From Amphiscolops sp. MND2022 (taxonomy: Eukaryota): DNA of 64,000 nt. The stretch is taken from the NCBI GenBank assembly GCA_964187785.1, contig OZ076409.1, positions 5,024,001 to 5,088,000 of the forward strand. The letters run 5' to 3'. Made by a program: the position numbers and the translations under genes. The notes under the pieces were generated by a model that had not been told where the DNA came from, did no database searches, and worked only from the letters and a program-made list of their open reading frames with translations. Shown here in pieces: positions 12,401 to 23,568 of this stretch. Numbering within the stretch: position 1 is the stretch's first letter; the number at the start of each line of letters is the position of its first letter.

Positions 12401-14080
12401 CATTGTGTCGCAAATCATCATAAAAATTGAAGTGAGGCCATTGGTGAAAAAATTTGGAAAAAAATCTCTCAATGCCGAAAAAAACAAAGGGGTGACCCTT
12501 TAGTCTCGACCGGTATTGTATGTTACGCGGGAAACCTTTTTGGTTCAGTTCGCTGGTCCAAAAGGTACGATTGGGCGCCTTCCTTTAAATTTTGTAGAAC
12601 TTTTGGTACAACTATTTTGGTCAGTTCAGGTGGTCTTTAAAAAAACACTGACGAAAAGCCATGACTATAGTCGACTCTTTTCTCAAGAAAAGCGCCGACT
12701 AAAAAATGCAATTAATCCATAAAATTTACCGAAGCTAGTCTTGTGATATGGATAGAAAACTAGAGTTCCTTGCTTTTACAGTCGACGTGCATTTGGAATA
12801 TAGTAAAGAAAGAATTTGCAGTGTATGTGAAAACAGTAGTATGCATTTTCCACAGGAATCATCTCAAATTTATGAGATTGGAAGAGTTTGCTTGAAACCA
12901 TATAAGGTAAGACTTAGCAATAGTCTTTGCCCTTAACCGGTCAAACTGTTAACCCGATCTCTTTGTTATGTTGTAACCCGTTTTGTTATTCTTAAGCTTT
13001 TGATTAACAAAATGAGAGTAATTTGCTAGCTTTGGTTGATATCATTTTTACATTTTTTTGAGCAATGCGTTCGCCGGTGAAGTTTTTCAGTCAGTTTTAC
13101 CTTGCCGAAGTTCAGCGAATTATTCCATTATTATTTTTGCTCCAGAAAAGGTAAAAACGCCAGAAAATTTTATGTGAACACGATGCTGTGTTTCCATAGA
13201 GCGAGCGTTTAGTCCCGATAATGAAATTTTCGGGCCTCAGATAAAATTTCATTATCGGGCCTAAATAAACGCTCGCTCTATGTAATTATTACGTAGTCCG
13301 CTATATTCACATAACTCTAAATGCAGAAGCGAAGCGGAGCGACGTGCCACTACTAGTCCACCGACTTGGAGAGCGAAAGGAGGAAGTCATACAACAAGTA
13401 TTTTTTTATTGGCTGATATAACGCTAATAGTCACCGAATCGATCGGGCCTCAAATTACACTAGCTTTGGGCCTCCAGTATAGAACCCTTCATAGACTATT
13501 TCCAGAAAAAAAGCTTTACTATTTTTGGCGTTTCAGTCACATTATTTCAACTAATTCTTGAAGGGTAATTGATCATGTGATATCATGCAGATATCATGAC
13601 CTTCAAAACTACGAACCTAGACAGAGAGCATACTATTGTTGTTAAACATAAAACTCTAATTACTGTCAATTTGAGTTTACTACATTTTGTGTTGTACAAT
13701 AGAACATTGATCATTGTACTTGAGATTGATACTATAGATTAGTTGCTGAAGAAGATACGAATTTATTGTCTTAGATAAAGAACCTTTTTACCGTACTAAA
13801 CCGAGAATACAACAGATCACTTGTCTGCTTCTTTGATTGCTTCTCCTTCTGCATGATTTATTTCTGCTGCTGCAGGCAATCTTCTTGCAAAACAGATCAT
13901 CGTGTCTCTTCTGCTGGTCTCAAACCCAGGAGAAAACTAGTGGCCCAAAATGAAAATAGTGGTAATAATAATCCTATGGAGACCATCTGCACTCCTGTCG
14001 TCGTCGTCTCCTCCAATGACTCATCAAGAGCTCCTTCCGGGAGCAGCGGTGACACTGAAATGGCAACTATCCAGATCTGA
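208..14080 (+). CDS. P4-type phospholipid-transporting ATPase (ATP8A-like flippase), 3' portion; the gene starts upstream of the window
   Basis: Exons 208-416, 2276-2464, 4320-4517, 5537-5678, 6739-6982, 8946-9095 and 13876-14080 splice in matching phase. They carry P4 motifs [65 protein letters not shown] and CGFSGQ, then TM5-10. Confidence 0.93.
707..1212 (+). mobile_element. DINE-1/HINE-like non-autonomous Helentron, family A (representative copy)
   Basis: 5' TTTTTAGTCGGCGC with nearby partial inverted repeat CCCGACT; central AAAGGGTCCCCC repeats; 3' subterminal GGCGCCGACT followed by hairpin AGACG-TTCC-CGTCT then TGTT. Other copies (approximate): 6163-6648, 7015-7700, 8500-8898, 12266-12725(-), 16209-16620(-), 28504-28897, 36699-37622(-), 39537-40168, 41180-41930, 42592-43433, 45660-47032, 47702-48196(-), 50480-50912, 52198-53833, 55140-55611. 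Confidence 0.8.
2071..2109 (-). mobile_element. tRNA-derived SINE-like head
   Basis: Minus strand GTCACCGTGGCGCAGTTGGTAGCGGGTTCGAACCCGTGC: an A-box joined directly to a B-box, with no anticodon arm. Confidence 0.5.
2276..2464 (+). CDS. P4-ATPase exon
   Basis: tttag|gcg...aat|gtaagc; [38 protein letters not shown]...[13 protein letters not shown]. Confidence 0.95.
2760..3360 (+). mobile_element. Degenerate LINE 3' end (CR1/L2-type)
   Basis: ORF 2968-3270 contains [14 protein letters not shown], the typical C-terminal motif of LINE ORF2; AATAAA follows. Confidence 0.6.
4320..4517 (+). CDS. P4-ATPase exon (TM5-6 region)
   Basis: tttag|ttc...aag|gttggt; [16 protein letters not shown]...[10 protein letters not shown]...LKFNAK. 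Confidence 0.95.
4677..5356. mobile_element. Tc1/mariner-type MITE with long TIRs
   Basis: TA|CAGTAGCGTTCTAAAATATCGCAAC...GTTGCGATATTTTAGAACGCTACTG|TA; TA TSD; the left arm has a short internal tandem duplication. Confidence 0.9.
5537..5678 (+). CDS. P4-ATPase exon (TM7-8); 3' boundary uncertain
   Basis: ctag|gtg; [13 protein letters not shown]...FGEVVYT. The donor predicted by homology reads GGATGT instead of GTATGT (see findings). Confidence 0.85.
6739..6982 (+). CDS. P4-ATPase exon (TM8-10)
   Basis: tacag|ct...tg|gtttga; [14 protein letters not shown]...[22 protein letters not shown]. Confidence 0.9.
7216..7390. mobile_element. Pogo/Tigger-like MITE nested in a HINE copy
   Basis: TA|CAGTGGAAGCCGCTTA...TAAGCGGCTTCCACTG|TA. 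Confidence 0.9.
8038..8388. mobile_element. hAT-type MITE containing a HINE central-repeat fragment
   Basis: TIRs CAAGGTGGCCAGTT / AACTGGCCACCCTG; perfect 8-bp TSD ATATAAAG (8030-8037, 8389-8396). Confidence 0.85.
8946..9095 (+). CDS. P4-ATPase exon (C-terminal tail)
   Basis: ttcag|t...ag|gtaac, phase 2 at both ends; [11 protein letters not shown]...[10 protein letters not shown], where SGINFS resembles the GYAFS tail motif of ATP8A. Confidence 0.8.
9508..11528 (+). repeat. Head-to-tail array of HINE family A units
   Basis: Four successive 3' ends (about 10047, 10630, 11112, 11528); the last three units repeat every 470-490 bp. Confidence 0.85.
13195..13282. repeat. 88-bp palindromic mini-element
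   Basis: CATAGAGCGAGCGTTTA...TAAACGCTCGCTCTATG; no clear TSD. Confidence 0.6.
13876..14080 (+). CDS. Probable last coding exon of the P4-ATPase
   Basis: Pyrimidine-rich acceptor tgcag|g in phase 2, matching the previous exon; open to TGA at 14078-14080; low-complexity tail with no homology support. Confidence 0.55.
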
Positions 14081-17000
14081 GAGATAGATAAAACATAGGT
14101 CTGTCTGTTGTGGGTGTGTGGTTGCTAATATAGCCAATCAATATTAAAGCCGAAAGTTGTTTCTTTGCGAAAGTTCATGAAATAGTGTTTATCGTTGAAA
14201 TATTTCGAGAGGCTAATGCCTTTTTTTCCACCATTCTTTTTCAACGATATTGATCGGCTCCAATACTTGGCATTGTTTGAAATGGGAGTGCGATGATGTC
14301 ATTGAGTTTGAGAGCTGTGATTGGTTAGTTAGAGTGCCTTCTCTGATTGGCTAGTTTGACCCTGCTTTCTGATTGGCTGTTGTTTCACATCTTGACCTTT
14401 TCAATACCACGTGTTATAAAAAACGCTTCTGTGATCACTTCTTTTCTCTTGTGTGTTGATTGTTTTTCTTAATTCAACGTGAATTTCCTTCATTTCCTTT
14501 GTGTGATTCTCTATAATGAACTTTTCTTTGAAAGTCAAAAAACGTTTTTTAAAAATATCCAAAGGAAAGGTCAAAAATCAAGGGATCTCAAAGAGGATCC
14601 GAAACAACACAATCTTTTGCAAGACTGCCCCCCCCTCCCACTAAAAAAACAAAAGTGCGAAAGAACAAGAATTGAAGAAATAAATTTTTTTATAAAAAAT
14701 TCACGAGTCCTTTTGCTTGCCTCTTTTGTCGTTTATTGGGATCTGCATTGGAGTTGTAAAAGATGGCTAATTTTCCGTAAAATGCAGAAAACGGGGAGAG
14801 TCTAATGTGTGGCCACCAGAACCTGGGAACCAACTATCCACAAAGTTGTCGTCTTCCAACTCCTCTCTAACTTATTTAATCCTCACTCCACGATAGCAGA
14901 CGGTGACAGTCAGATTCAGCTCAAATTACATAGATTTATAACCTCGACAGTGCTTTTGTCCCCAAATGAGGACAGCGATTTTTCCACAATCAATAAAATA
15001 TTACGAAACGCAAAAAGCTCATAGGAAAACGAAGTTTTGTTTTTCTAATCAACAATCTATTGGACTACCTGGGGCGAGTTGTTATTTGTGTCAATATAGT
15101 CTGTTTTCCGAACCACCGGCAAAAAGGTAACTAGAAAAGTGAAAATTCGCAAAAAAATACTTTTCAGAAAATTAACTTTTTCTCGATAACACAGCAACTG
15201 TTTGCTAAGTTACTGTCACTCTCTAGTAACACAGTTTGCCACCATTGAAACCGCATATATATAGAAGTTTTTTAATGAAGCTTCAGGGAAAAGTTCGAGT
15301 GTCATTTGAAAGGCCCGGCGAAGCGCCAACGCCCAGCCTAACTAGTGTCCATTTGAAAGCTTAGGTAAAGGGCTTTTAGGAGCAGAAAACCGATTTGAGC
15401 TGTCGCTATTATTCGTGGAGAAATTAGGCTTTGAAAATTTTTTGCTATTTTTTGTCACTTTTTCATTTTCTCGGTGTACTGTCGAGGTTAAAGAACATAT
15501 AAAAACTTCAAGCAAGTTCAACAAGGGTACTGATTTTTGATCACAACGCGTTACGCCAAATCACATAGTGTAAAGAGCAAATACCGTAACCAGTATTCAA
15601 AAGGATAGCGACTTCTAATTGGCTGGTTAAAGAACAAGCAAGATCTTGCTAGTTCGCTGCGGTATATGTTTCGTAATGTCCTTTTCAAGTTTTTGAATGT
15701 TTCCAGGATGAACTAAACTTCACTGTTTTCATACAAAGCGTATCGATCAACTCAAATGCAGTGTCGCCAGTTTGATTGAAATGCTAATTTTCCGTCGAGC
15801 GAAACAGAGGCAAGGGAATTTTTTTCAAGTTGCCCTTTTGGGATCCCTATTTTTTAAATGCAAAAACTAGTTTTCAGAAGTGTGGAGGCATTTTATTGTG
15901 TTTATCGCTTTTGGTCTCAGAAAATTGAAGTTGGTGTAGTTGACGTTTTGCAAAAGGTATCTGGTAACCATCAACGAAATATATCAAACTGCAAAACTTC
16001 AATGTAAACGAAAGTGTCAGCCTTTTAATCTTTTTATTTGCCATTGAAATAACTTGATAACTTGATTCTGTTTGTTTGAAAGTTTTTGCTATCTGACTTA
16101 GTGGGTGGTGTCTGTGCGTGGTTACTTGTGGAAGCGGGTGTAAGTGTGTTGGATGCCACAGATGTGCTGAACTACTGTTGTCGAGGTCATCGCTCTAGAT
16201 CAAAGATTAACAAGCCGGAACCGGCCCACGTCGACGCCATATCTAAGGCTCAAAAATAGCAGACTTGAAAGTGCCAAGGAATTCTCTTCTACAGAAGACA
16301 AAAAAAATTTTAAATACAGTCGTACATTGTCAAAAAAATGAAGAGGGGACCCTTTGAGACTTGTCGAAGTCCATTATGTCGCAAAACTCCAAAATTGAAG
16401 GGGTACCCTTCGGAAAGTTTTGTTCCGAAAAAATCTCTGAATGACGAAAAAAGACTTTGGGGGGGCATTTTGTCCTGTCTGGTATTGTATGTTACGCGGG
16501 ATACTTTTTTGGTTCAGTTCAGTGGGCCAACAGGTCTTTCAGGTGTATCAAAAAATCAAAATACTACTGACGAAACGCCATGACTATAGCCGGCTCTTTT
16601 CAAGAAACGCGCCGACTAAAAAAGAGCCAACACATTAACCACAAACGACGGTAAATATATACTACATTCCAATACTTTCTTGGATACAGAGTGTGCTGCT
16701 TAAGAGAGTTGTATAAGTACGTTATTGGTCTTGTATCTAGATGGTACAGGTCTAAACTTTACGACAAGACCACTTAGATCGATGCTAGCTAGCTAACTCT
16801 AATAAAGCTTTGAGGTCTGAAAGAAGGAAGAAAGGAGGACAATGGAGGAACAACTCACCGAACGTTCGGCGGCAAAAAACTTGTCGCAAGCACAGAAATT
16901 AAACTTAGCCAAACATAGTGCTCATTTTATTATCCTTTTTTGTCACCAACAAAATTACCACACAATAAATTATAAAAGTAAGACAATTCAAACAATTATT

Positions 17001-17191
17001 TAACTAAAAAAGCTATATTATGCGTAAAAGAGAAACAGAAAAGAGTTATAACTCTTGTTTGCTTCTGAAAAACGTCAGATCTTATTTGTGGAAATTGCGT
17101 GCATAGCTTTGTTTTTCTCTAAGCTGGAATAATTTTCACGTTCTTTCACTTTCTCCGGGTTGCTGAAGTCTTTTCTCAATTCAGTTTTGAG

Positions 17192-17681
17192 CAGGCGCAA
17201 TAGCTTTCTGCTCGCTGCAGAATATGCTCTATAAAGCCGAAAATAGTATAAAGCAGAATTTTTAGCAGAATTTACGCTATATAGCAGAATATCGAAATCT
17301 TAAAATAGTGAATCATTTTATTTGTGCATAATTGTTTAGAACCATCTAAGTTGAATGTGATATACGAAAAAAATCTGTGAATTTCAATCCTGAGATTTAC
17401 AAAAAGATAGTTTCCACTTTTGTGCAACCTAGCTCAAAACATGCTATGGATACCATGTTCGAGTGCCGATGTTGAACGAAGTTTCAGCCGGCTGAAACAA
17501 ATTGAGCAGCCTCACTCAATAACGATTCATTGCGAGATTTGTAATTCTGTTATGCCAATTTTGCGTTTAATAATAATTGAAACTGATCTCTTCCGATTTT
17601 TTTTCATTGAGCAGAATTTAGCAGATTTTTTATAAAGCCGTAGAAAAAGGCCTATAGAGCAGCAGAAAACTATTGGGCCTG
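17192..17681 (+). mobile_element. Internally deleted hAT element retaining a dimerisation-domain fragment
   Basis: TIRs CAGGCGCAATAG / CTATTGGGCCTG; 8-bp TSD GTTTTGAG/GTTTTGAA; LCNLAQNMLWIPCSSADVERSFSRLK (17420-17500) matches the hAT C-terminal motif. Confidence 0.88.
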
Positions 17682-18516
17682 GTTTTGAACCGTCTGCTAT
17701 TGATCCAGAAACTCGCTTACATTACGAGGCCAAAGTGGGAAATGTTCAATTTTTCAAGAATCAAGAAAAGTGGTAGTTTAACGCAGCGAAGTGAGTTTTT
17801 TCCCGATTCTTGAAATTTGAACTTCAAAGAAATTGTTTATGCCGCCTATAAAAGTCAAGAATTGAGAAAACAATAGTGCGCATGTATTTCCACTAATTTC
17901 AAGAATCGAGAAAAAGAGATTCGAGAATCTAGACACTAATTTTAATACATGGAGATAATGTGTTAACATTAGTTTGTCGATTCTCGAAATTTTGTCGATT
18001 CTTGAAGTTTTTGTCGATTCTTAGAAATTGTCTGGATTCTTAGAAAATTTTCCCGAATTCTTATTCAAATGTTACAATAGTGAATTTAATTGATCAGTTG
18101 ATAATTTTTTTCATCAAATTTACGGAAGAATCATTGTTAAAATTATAATAAAGGTTTACAATGATTGCTCAGGTTAAATTGTTCTGAACCAGTTAGATTC
18201 TAAGGTGCTAAAATATTTTTTAATTGAGACTTTTACTAGATTTTTTGAATGAATAATTCAATTTTTTGCAGCAAAGATTTTTTTCTGAACCAATAGCACC
18301 TCCGTTTTAGCTTTTTACTTCGTTACTTGCTAGTAGCAACTAATTTAACAGAAGGCGAGCGAGTGTCGTCTACTTTCCACTGAATAATAGTGTATTATTA
18401 AGAGCCTTTCGACGATAAGCACGAAGAACTGTTACCTGAATATTACTATAATTACCATAACGATATCAAGTATGACCAGCTGATGAATGTAATTGATAAG
18501 AATTTATTGAAAAATG

Positions 18517-18918
18517 GGCTCTTTTCTGTCCCCCCCTATCAAAACTTTTTTGGGAAATAAGTGAAAACAGTATAACAAAAAGACTTGAATACAAACCAGA
18601 AAGCTTCAAATTTACATTTATTAGTATGACAGTTTAGGATTCAGATACAAACTTTGTTCACACTTTTTCAATATGTAGTCACGCATTTTTGATAGAGAAA
18701 TCAACAGCTTCCTGTTTTGAGTCATCAATAAACACTCAATACAAACATAATTATAGTCAAAATGCGTGAACAATGTTTTGTTCAAGCAAAAAACTATTCC
18801 AATAGACGGTAACTTCCCATTATGAAACAAGGTTTTACTTTTAATTAAGCTAGTCTGAAGTTTTTAATGAACTCTACTTTCGAAAAATTTCGTGGTGGGG
18901 GGGGGACAGAAAAGAGCC
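18517..18918. mobile_element. MITE with GG termini and 8-bp TSD (Merlin-like)
   Basis: GGCTCTTTTCTGTCCCCCCC...GGGGGGGACAGAAAAGAGCC; perfect TSD GAAAAATG; superfamily inferred from termini and TSD length only. Confidence 0.8.
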
Positions 18919-19884
18919 GAAAAATGTTGCTAAATTTTTGCATTTGATAATTACTCGGTGCTCTAGTACTGATCTTGATATCAATCTTTAAGTAGCTGTT
19001 TGTACGCCCTTGGGCAACAAAAATAATTCTATTCTAAAGTACCAAATGCAAAATTAAATATACTTCATTTGTATCATTATTATTGATCCAATGTAGAGGA
19101 GGATTATTGTCCAAAAAGGTGGTTGGCATTTCAATCCGCGTGAAAAATTCTAAGACTATTCAAAGGCTGTTTTGACCAATGTCCTTGGAATAGAACGTTG
19201 CACTTAAAATATTAAATGATATCATATTCCGAAAAATCTGTGCAGAAAATGTTATATATTTTTTTTTGCATTTGCTGAAGTATTACGGAGCTTCGACACG
19301 TTGACTTTCGCTAAGACAACTCTCGGCTGCTTTGCGATAGGCTGAATTGCATAATTGTTATTATTACAATTGTTGTGAATTGTTCACTCATTCAGTCGGG
19401 ATCGTAACGTATGTTCAATGGAGAGAACACGACGAAAGGTTTTTACTTTTCGAATTCATGCAAGTATCTTGCAATTTCAATTCAATTGAAAGATTTTTCC
19501 AAGAATTATATGTTTCTCAATCTATACATGTATAGATTTGAGAGACAATATTCACCCGTATTAGTCATTCAGAGGAAACTTTTGCGATGTTGTTTGTCAG
19601 GAAAAAGAGGAAGAAGCGAAAGAAAGGCATTAAAGGTTTGTTGCGCTGCTTACTTCGAAATGTAATCGTGGGCCACTTATCCATGTAAGCTCTATTTGTT
19701 TTGTGTTCCAACTGCGATTGTCTGTAATTATCCCTCTAAACCTTTGAACAGTTGGGTTGGTTCCTTTCAGCCGAAGAGCACTCGAAGAAAAAAAGTAAAA
19801 AGAAGAAAAACAAGAAGAAGAAACGCAAAAAACATCGCTCTGTTTAGTTTCAGCTTCATCCGTTTTAAACTCTGTTCAGTTGTT

Positions 19885-20294
19885 CAGGGGTGTTCAATAT
19901 TTTATTCGAATATTGTTTTTGCCTAAAAATAAATTATTTTTTTAGGGTGGAGAAAATAATTTTTATATTTTTTTGCTAAAATATTTTTATTCTCGTCGAA
20001 AAACGGATATCAACAAAAACTTAAATTATGCTCTGAGCATCACAAACAGACCAATATCTTTGTTAGCCATCAAAAAATTTTGCGACTCTGGGCTGAGTTT
20101 TTGGCGGTAATCTCGAATTTAATTAGCTGACGACATGTTAAATTAAACGCTTTTAGTTTTAGTTATCTCAAGAATATCTATTTCTATTTTAACAGGTCCA
20201 AGAATAATTATTTTTATTCATTTAAGCGTAGAAATATTTTTTTTTCTATTTATTATAGTTATTCTTACCCATAATTATTTATTGAACACTCCTG
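19885..20294. mobile_element. hAT-type MITE
   Basis: CAGGGGTGTTCAATA...TATTGAACACTCCTG; TSD CAGTTGTT/CAGTTATT. Confidence 0.8.
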
Positions 20295-20435
20295 CAGTTA
20301 TTTATCATGATTGTACACATTTTTAAACGTCTTTCATCGTTCAGTTCTAACCCCGATTGATCACCTTTTGTTGACCTGACCGTTTTGTTTCTATCGCTTG
20401 TGTTCAATATTCAAGTGCCAAACACTCGCTTCTGG

Positions 20436-20880
20436 TTTTTAGGAGTCGGAAAAAATTTTCGACTACTTATGCACTCGTGCCTTTTTCTCCCGACCTTTCA
20501 ATGAAAATTTCAAATTTCTCAAACCTGTTCATACGATTTTTCACGAAATTTAGCACAGTCAGTCTACACCCAAAGTGCTCCTGTGTACGCAATGACATCA
20601 AAAGTGTATGACTGGGATTTGAGAACACAGCCAAAATTAGTACAAAAATGACCAAAAAACGGTCATTTTTGGACTTTTTCGATTTTCTCCAAAACTCTCC
20701 ATACGATTCGAAGTAATTTGTTACAGTCATTCTACACCATATTAGGGTTCTATGTGTGCAATGACATCAAAATTGTATGACTGCGATCTGAGAAAGATGA
20801 CCAAATGACAATAAAGTAGGTGATTTGTTTTCCAACGTAGTGATCCGTTTCCGACTCCTTTAGCGCACATGCGGCTCTGG
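20436..20880 (+). mobile_element. Second HINE-like family (family B)
   Basis: 5' TTTTTAGGAGTCGGAA...TTTTCGACT; internal tandem units; 3' subTIR TTCCGACTCCT followed by an imperfect hairpin AGCGCACATGCGGCT; partial copies near 12066 and 42310. Confidence 0.65.
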
Positions 20881-21418
20881 TGTCCAATATCCATTTACAA
20901 TTCTATTGGTGAGCCTTGAATGTTGATTAAACCCTCGGGTGTTGGGATATTATGAATGACAGCCCCCCCCCCCTCAAGTTGATTTGGAGTAAGGGTGTGC
21001 GGTTAGGGAAAAAATTAACCTCGGTCAATGATCACTCAATGACAGCTTATTAATTGAAAAGTCGGTGAAAATGAATGGGTTAAAATTCAGAAAGGGTTAA
21101 AAATTCATTATTTCAAAAGATTTTCTTCGAGAAAAATTAATGTTCTGAACTTTGCTTGAGAAATACTTTGCCAACCACTGGAAATAATGTTACCGCCATA
21201 CTATAAATTGAACTATACTGAAGTTGGATTGGTTAAAAATCGGAAATAATTAGATATTTGCGACTGAAACGATGCTGGAAAGATTACATATCTTCCTAAA
21301 AACAGCCAATGTGAATTGAGATTGAGTCATTGACTGAAATTTTACAGCGTTGATAAAACCAATGAATTAATATATTCATTGGTTTTCAATGAAATATCAA
21401 TTATTCGCACACCCCTAG

Positions 21419-21640
21419 TGTTGTATTCTCTAGATCTAGATTAAGATGGAAAAGAATAAAAGTTATATCTCTAGTTTCGACTGCTCTATATCAAATCAAA
21501 TTGTACATATGTATCAAATGTAATTTAATGTAGATTGAGTTTGTTAGTAAACAACTCTAGTATCTAGACTAGATAGTTTGTAGACCGAATCTCGGTAGAG
21601 GTTAAATGGTAGTCTGAACCGGTTTGAACCGAATATAACA
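21419..21640 (-). repeat. 3' LTR (222 bp) of the Gypsy element
   Basis: On the - strand TGTTATATTC...GAATACAACA inverted termini, immediately preceded by the polypurine tract GAATAGGGGGAGAAA (21641-21655). Confidence 0.9.
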
Positions 21641-21791
21641 TTTCTCCCCCTATTCTTTTCACATCTTCTTCAATTTCGGTTTGAGGGGCCTGGGGTTGTG
21701 GATTCTTCTGGGAGGAAATCCGCTGGCTTTTGTACTGTCTCTGGTTTCGATGTTCCTTTGTGTCTGGTCCACACGGTACCTGTAATATAAA

Positions 21792-23568
21792 TTAAACATT
21801 TATTTTCGATCCCCAAAAGTTTCCGGTATATGTTATACTACCGTATCTATTCGATATTTTGCTTTCTCGGTTGGTTCGTCTTATTTGTGTTTTTGGTTTC
21901 TCACCCGTTATTTCGCTGTCGGTATGTAACTGTAGTGTGTCTTCTTCCGGATTCGTCCGTATTGGCACATATCTCCCGTCTTTCTCGGATGTGTCGTACA
22001 CTATTGGTGTTCCGATTTCTTCCGGCATTTCTTCGTCTTCGTCGTCATCGTCTTCTTCGGTATCGCTATCTGCCCGCTTTTTGTTCGGGACGATTTTCAG
22101 TTTGCCGTTCAGGATGTCCTTGAGAATTTCATCCCACCGGGTGTACTTCCCGTCCAGTCCGCGTATGCAGTGTCGGTTTTTTTGGGTGTATTTCGCCGGT
22201 TGTGTACAAGGCCGGCTCTTTTCTGATTTTTCTCTCGGTCGGAAATAATGGGTCCGAAATAAATTTTCGGTTTATTATTTTTCCGGTATCGGTTTTTATA
22301 GTACTTTCGGTTCCGCTTATGGCGGTTTGGATTTTATTTTGGAATTTTCCTTCTAATGATTTTTTGTTGTAGTTTTTTTCGACAAAATGAAAGGGATATC
22401 TAACCGAATTTTTCTTTTTCGGTGACTTTGGTCCGTCGGCGAGGTGTTTTTCCTCTGTCTTCGTTCTCGCCATCACAATGTGATTTGTGATGTCTCCATC
22501 CGCATCACGGCCCACATAGATTGGGATTTTCGGTTTGTTTGATGCTGAAACAGATAGTTCTGACCAATCAGACAGGTATGATTTTCCGTCTTTAACAATA
22601 TTTGTTAATTCGGTTCTCGGTTTTCTACCGTGATGTAGTTCGAATGGTGTTAATTTTAGTCCGGTATGTATTGTAAATCGCATTACATGTAATGCTCGAT
22701 TTACACTTTCGGTTAGGCTTGTGTTGTCTTCCATATTTGCTATAATCAGATTCTTCAGTGTTTGTATTGCTCTTTCTACTGTTCCGTTTCCCGTATGTAT
22801 TCGGGGGGTACAGTATTCGATTTCGATATTTCGGTTTTTGCAAAATTCTCGGTATTCTTTGGAAACAAATGCTCCTCCTTTATCGGATTTAATTTTTTCG
22901 GGTATTCCGTATAAATTAAAGTTACTCGATAAAAAGTTTATGACTTCTTTTGTTTCCGCTGACTTGCAGATTTTTACGGTTGGCCATTTACTAAATCTAT
23001 CTATCGCAATTAGTATTTGTATATCTCCGTTTATCTTTTTATTGTGTAATTTTCCGGTAAAATCGATTTGTATTTCTTGGCCGGGTTCGGTTAGTTTTTC
23101 TAATTTTCCGTAATGTTTTTTCGGTAATTGATAATTAAGGTTTTTACCTGATGCGAGGCAGGCGGTGCAGTCTTTCACTTTATTCTCGATGTCCTGCTTC
23201 ATTCCGGGCCACCAGAATATTTTGGCTTCTGCGTTCATTTTTGTTATTCCGGAGTGACCGAAGTGGATGATATCTAGGAGTTTTCGTCTAAGGTCGATTG
23301 GTACGACGATTTGGTCGTCTACGAAGACCAGTCCCCATCTTATTGACAGTTTGTCGAATACTGTCCGGTAGCCATCCGGAATTGTTTCCCGGTCTTCCCT
23401 CCTCATGCTGTTTCTGACACGGGTTAGTTCCGGGTCGATGGCTGTTTTGGCGATGAGTGTCTTCAAGTCCATCATGAACTCGAATTCCGCCTTCTTTATA
23501 TTTTCTTCCGTGATTTTCTTGTTGCCGGTTAGTTTTCCCACGATATGGTTAATTTGGATGTATTTCGC
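21792..23568 (-). pseudogene. Gypsy integrase
   Basis: HFGH...CTAC Zn finger; IQIDF, KSDKG and VERAI DDE triad; in frame with pol across the TAA; the frameshifted tail ends with RRTNRESKISNRYG. Confidence 0.93.

Noticed and set aside
14480..16200. Possible gene or transposase remnants downstream of the P4-ATPase
   Set aside because: Frames are interrupted by stops and I could not recognise any motif.
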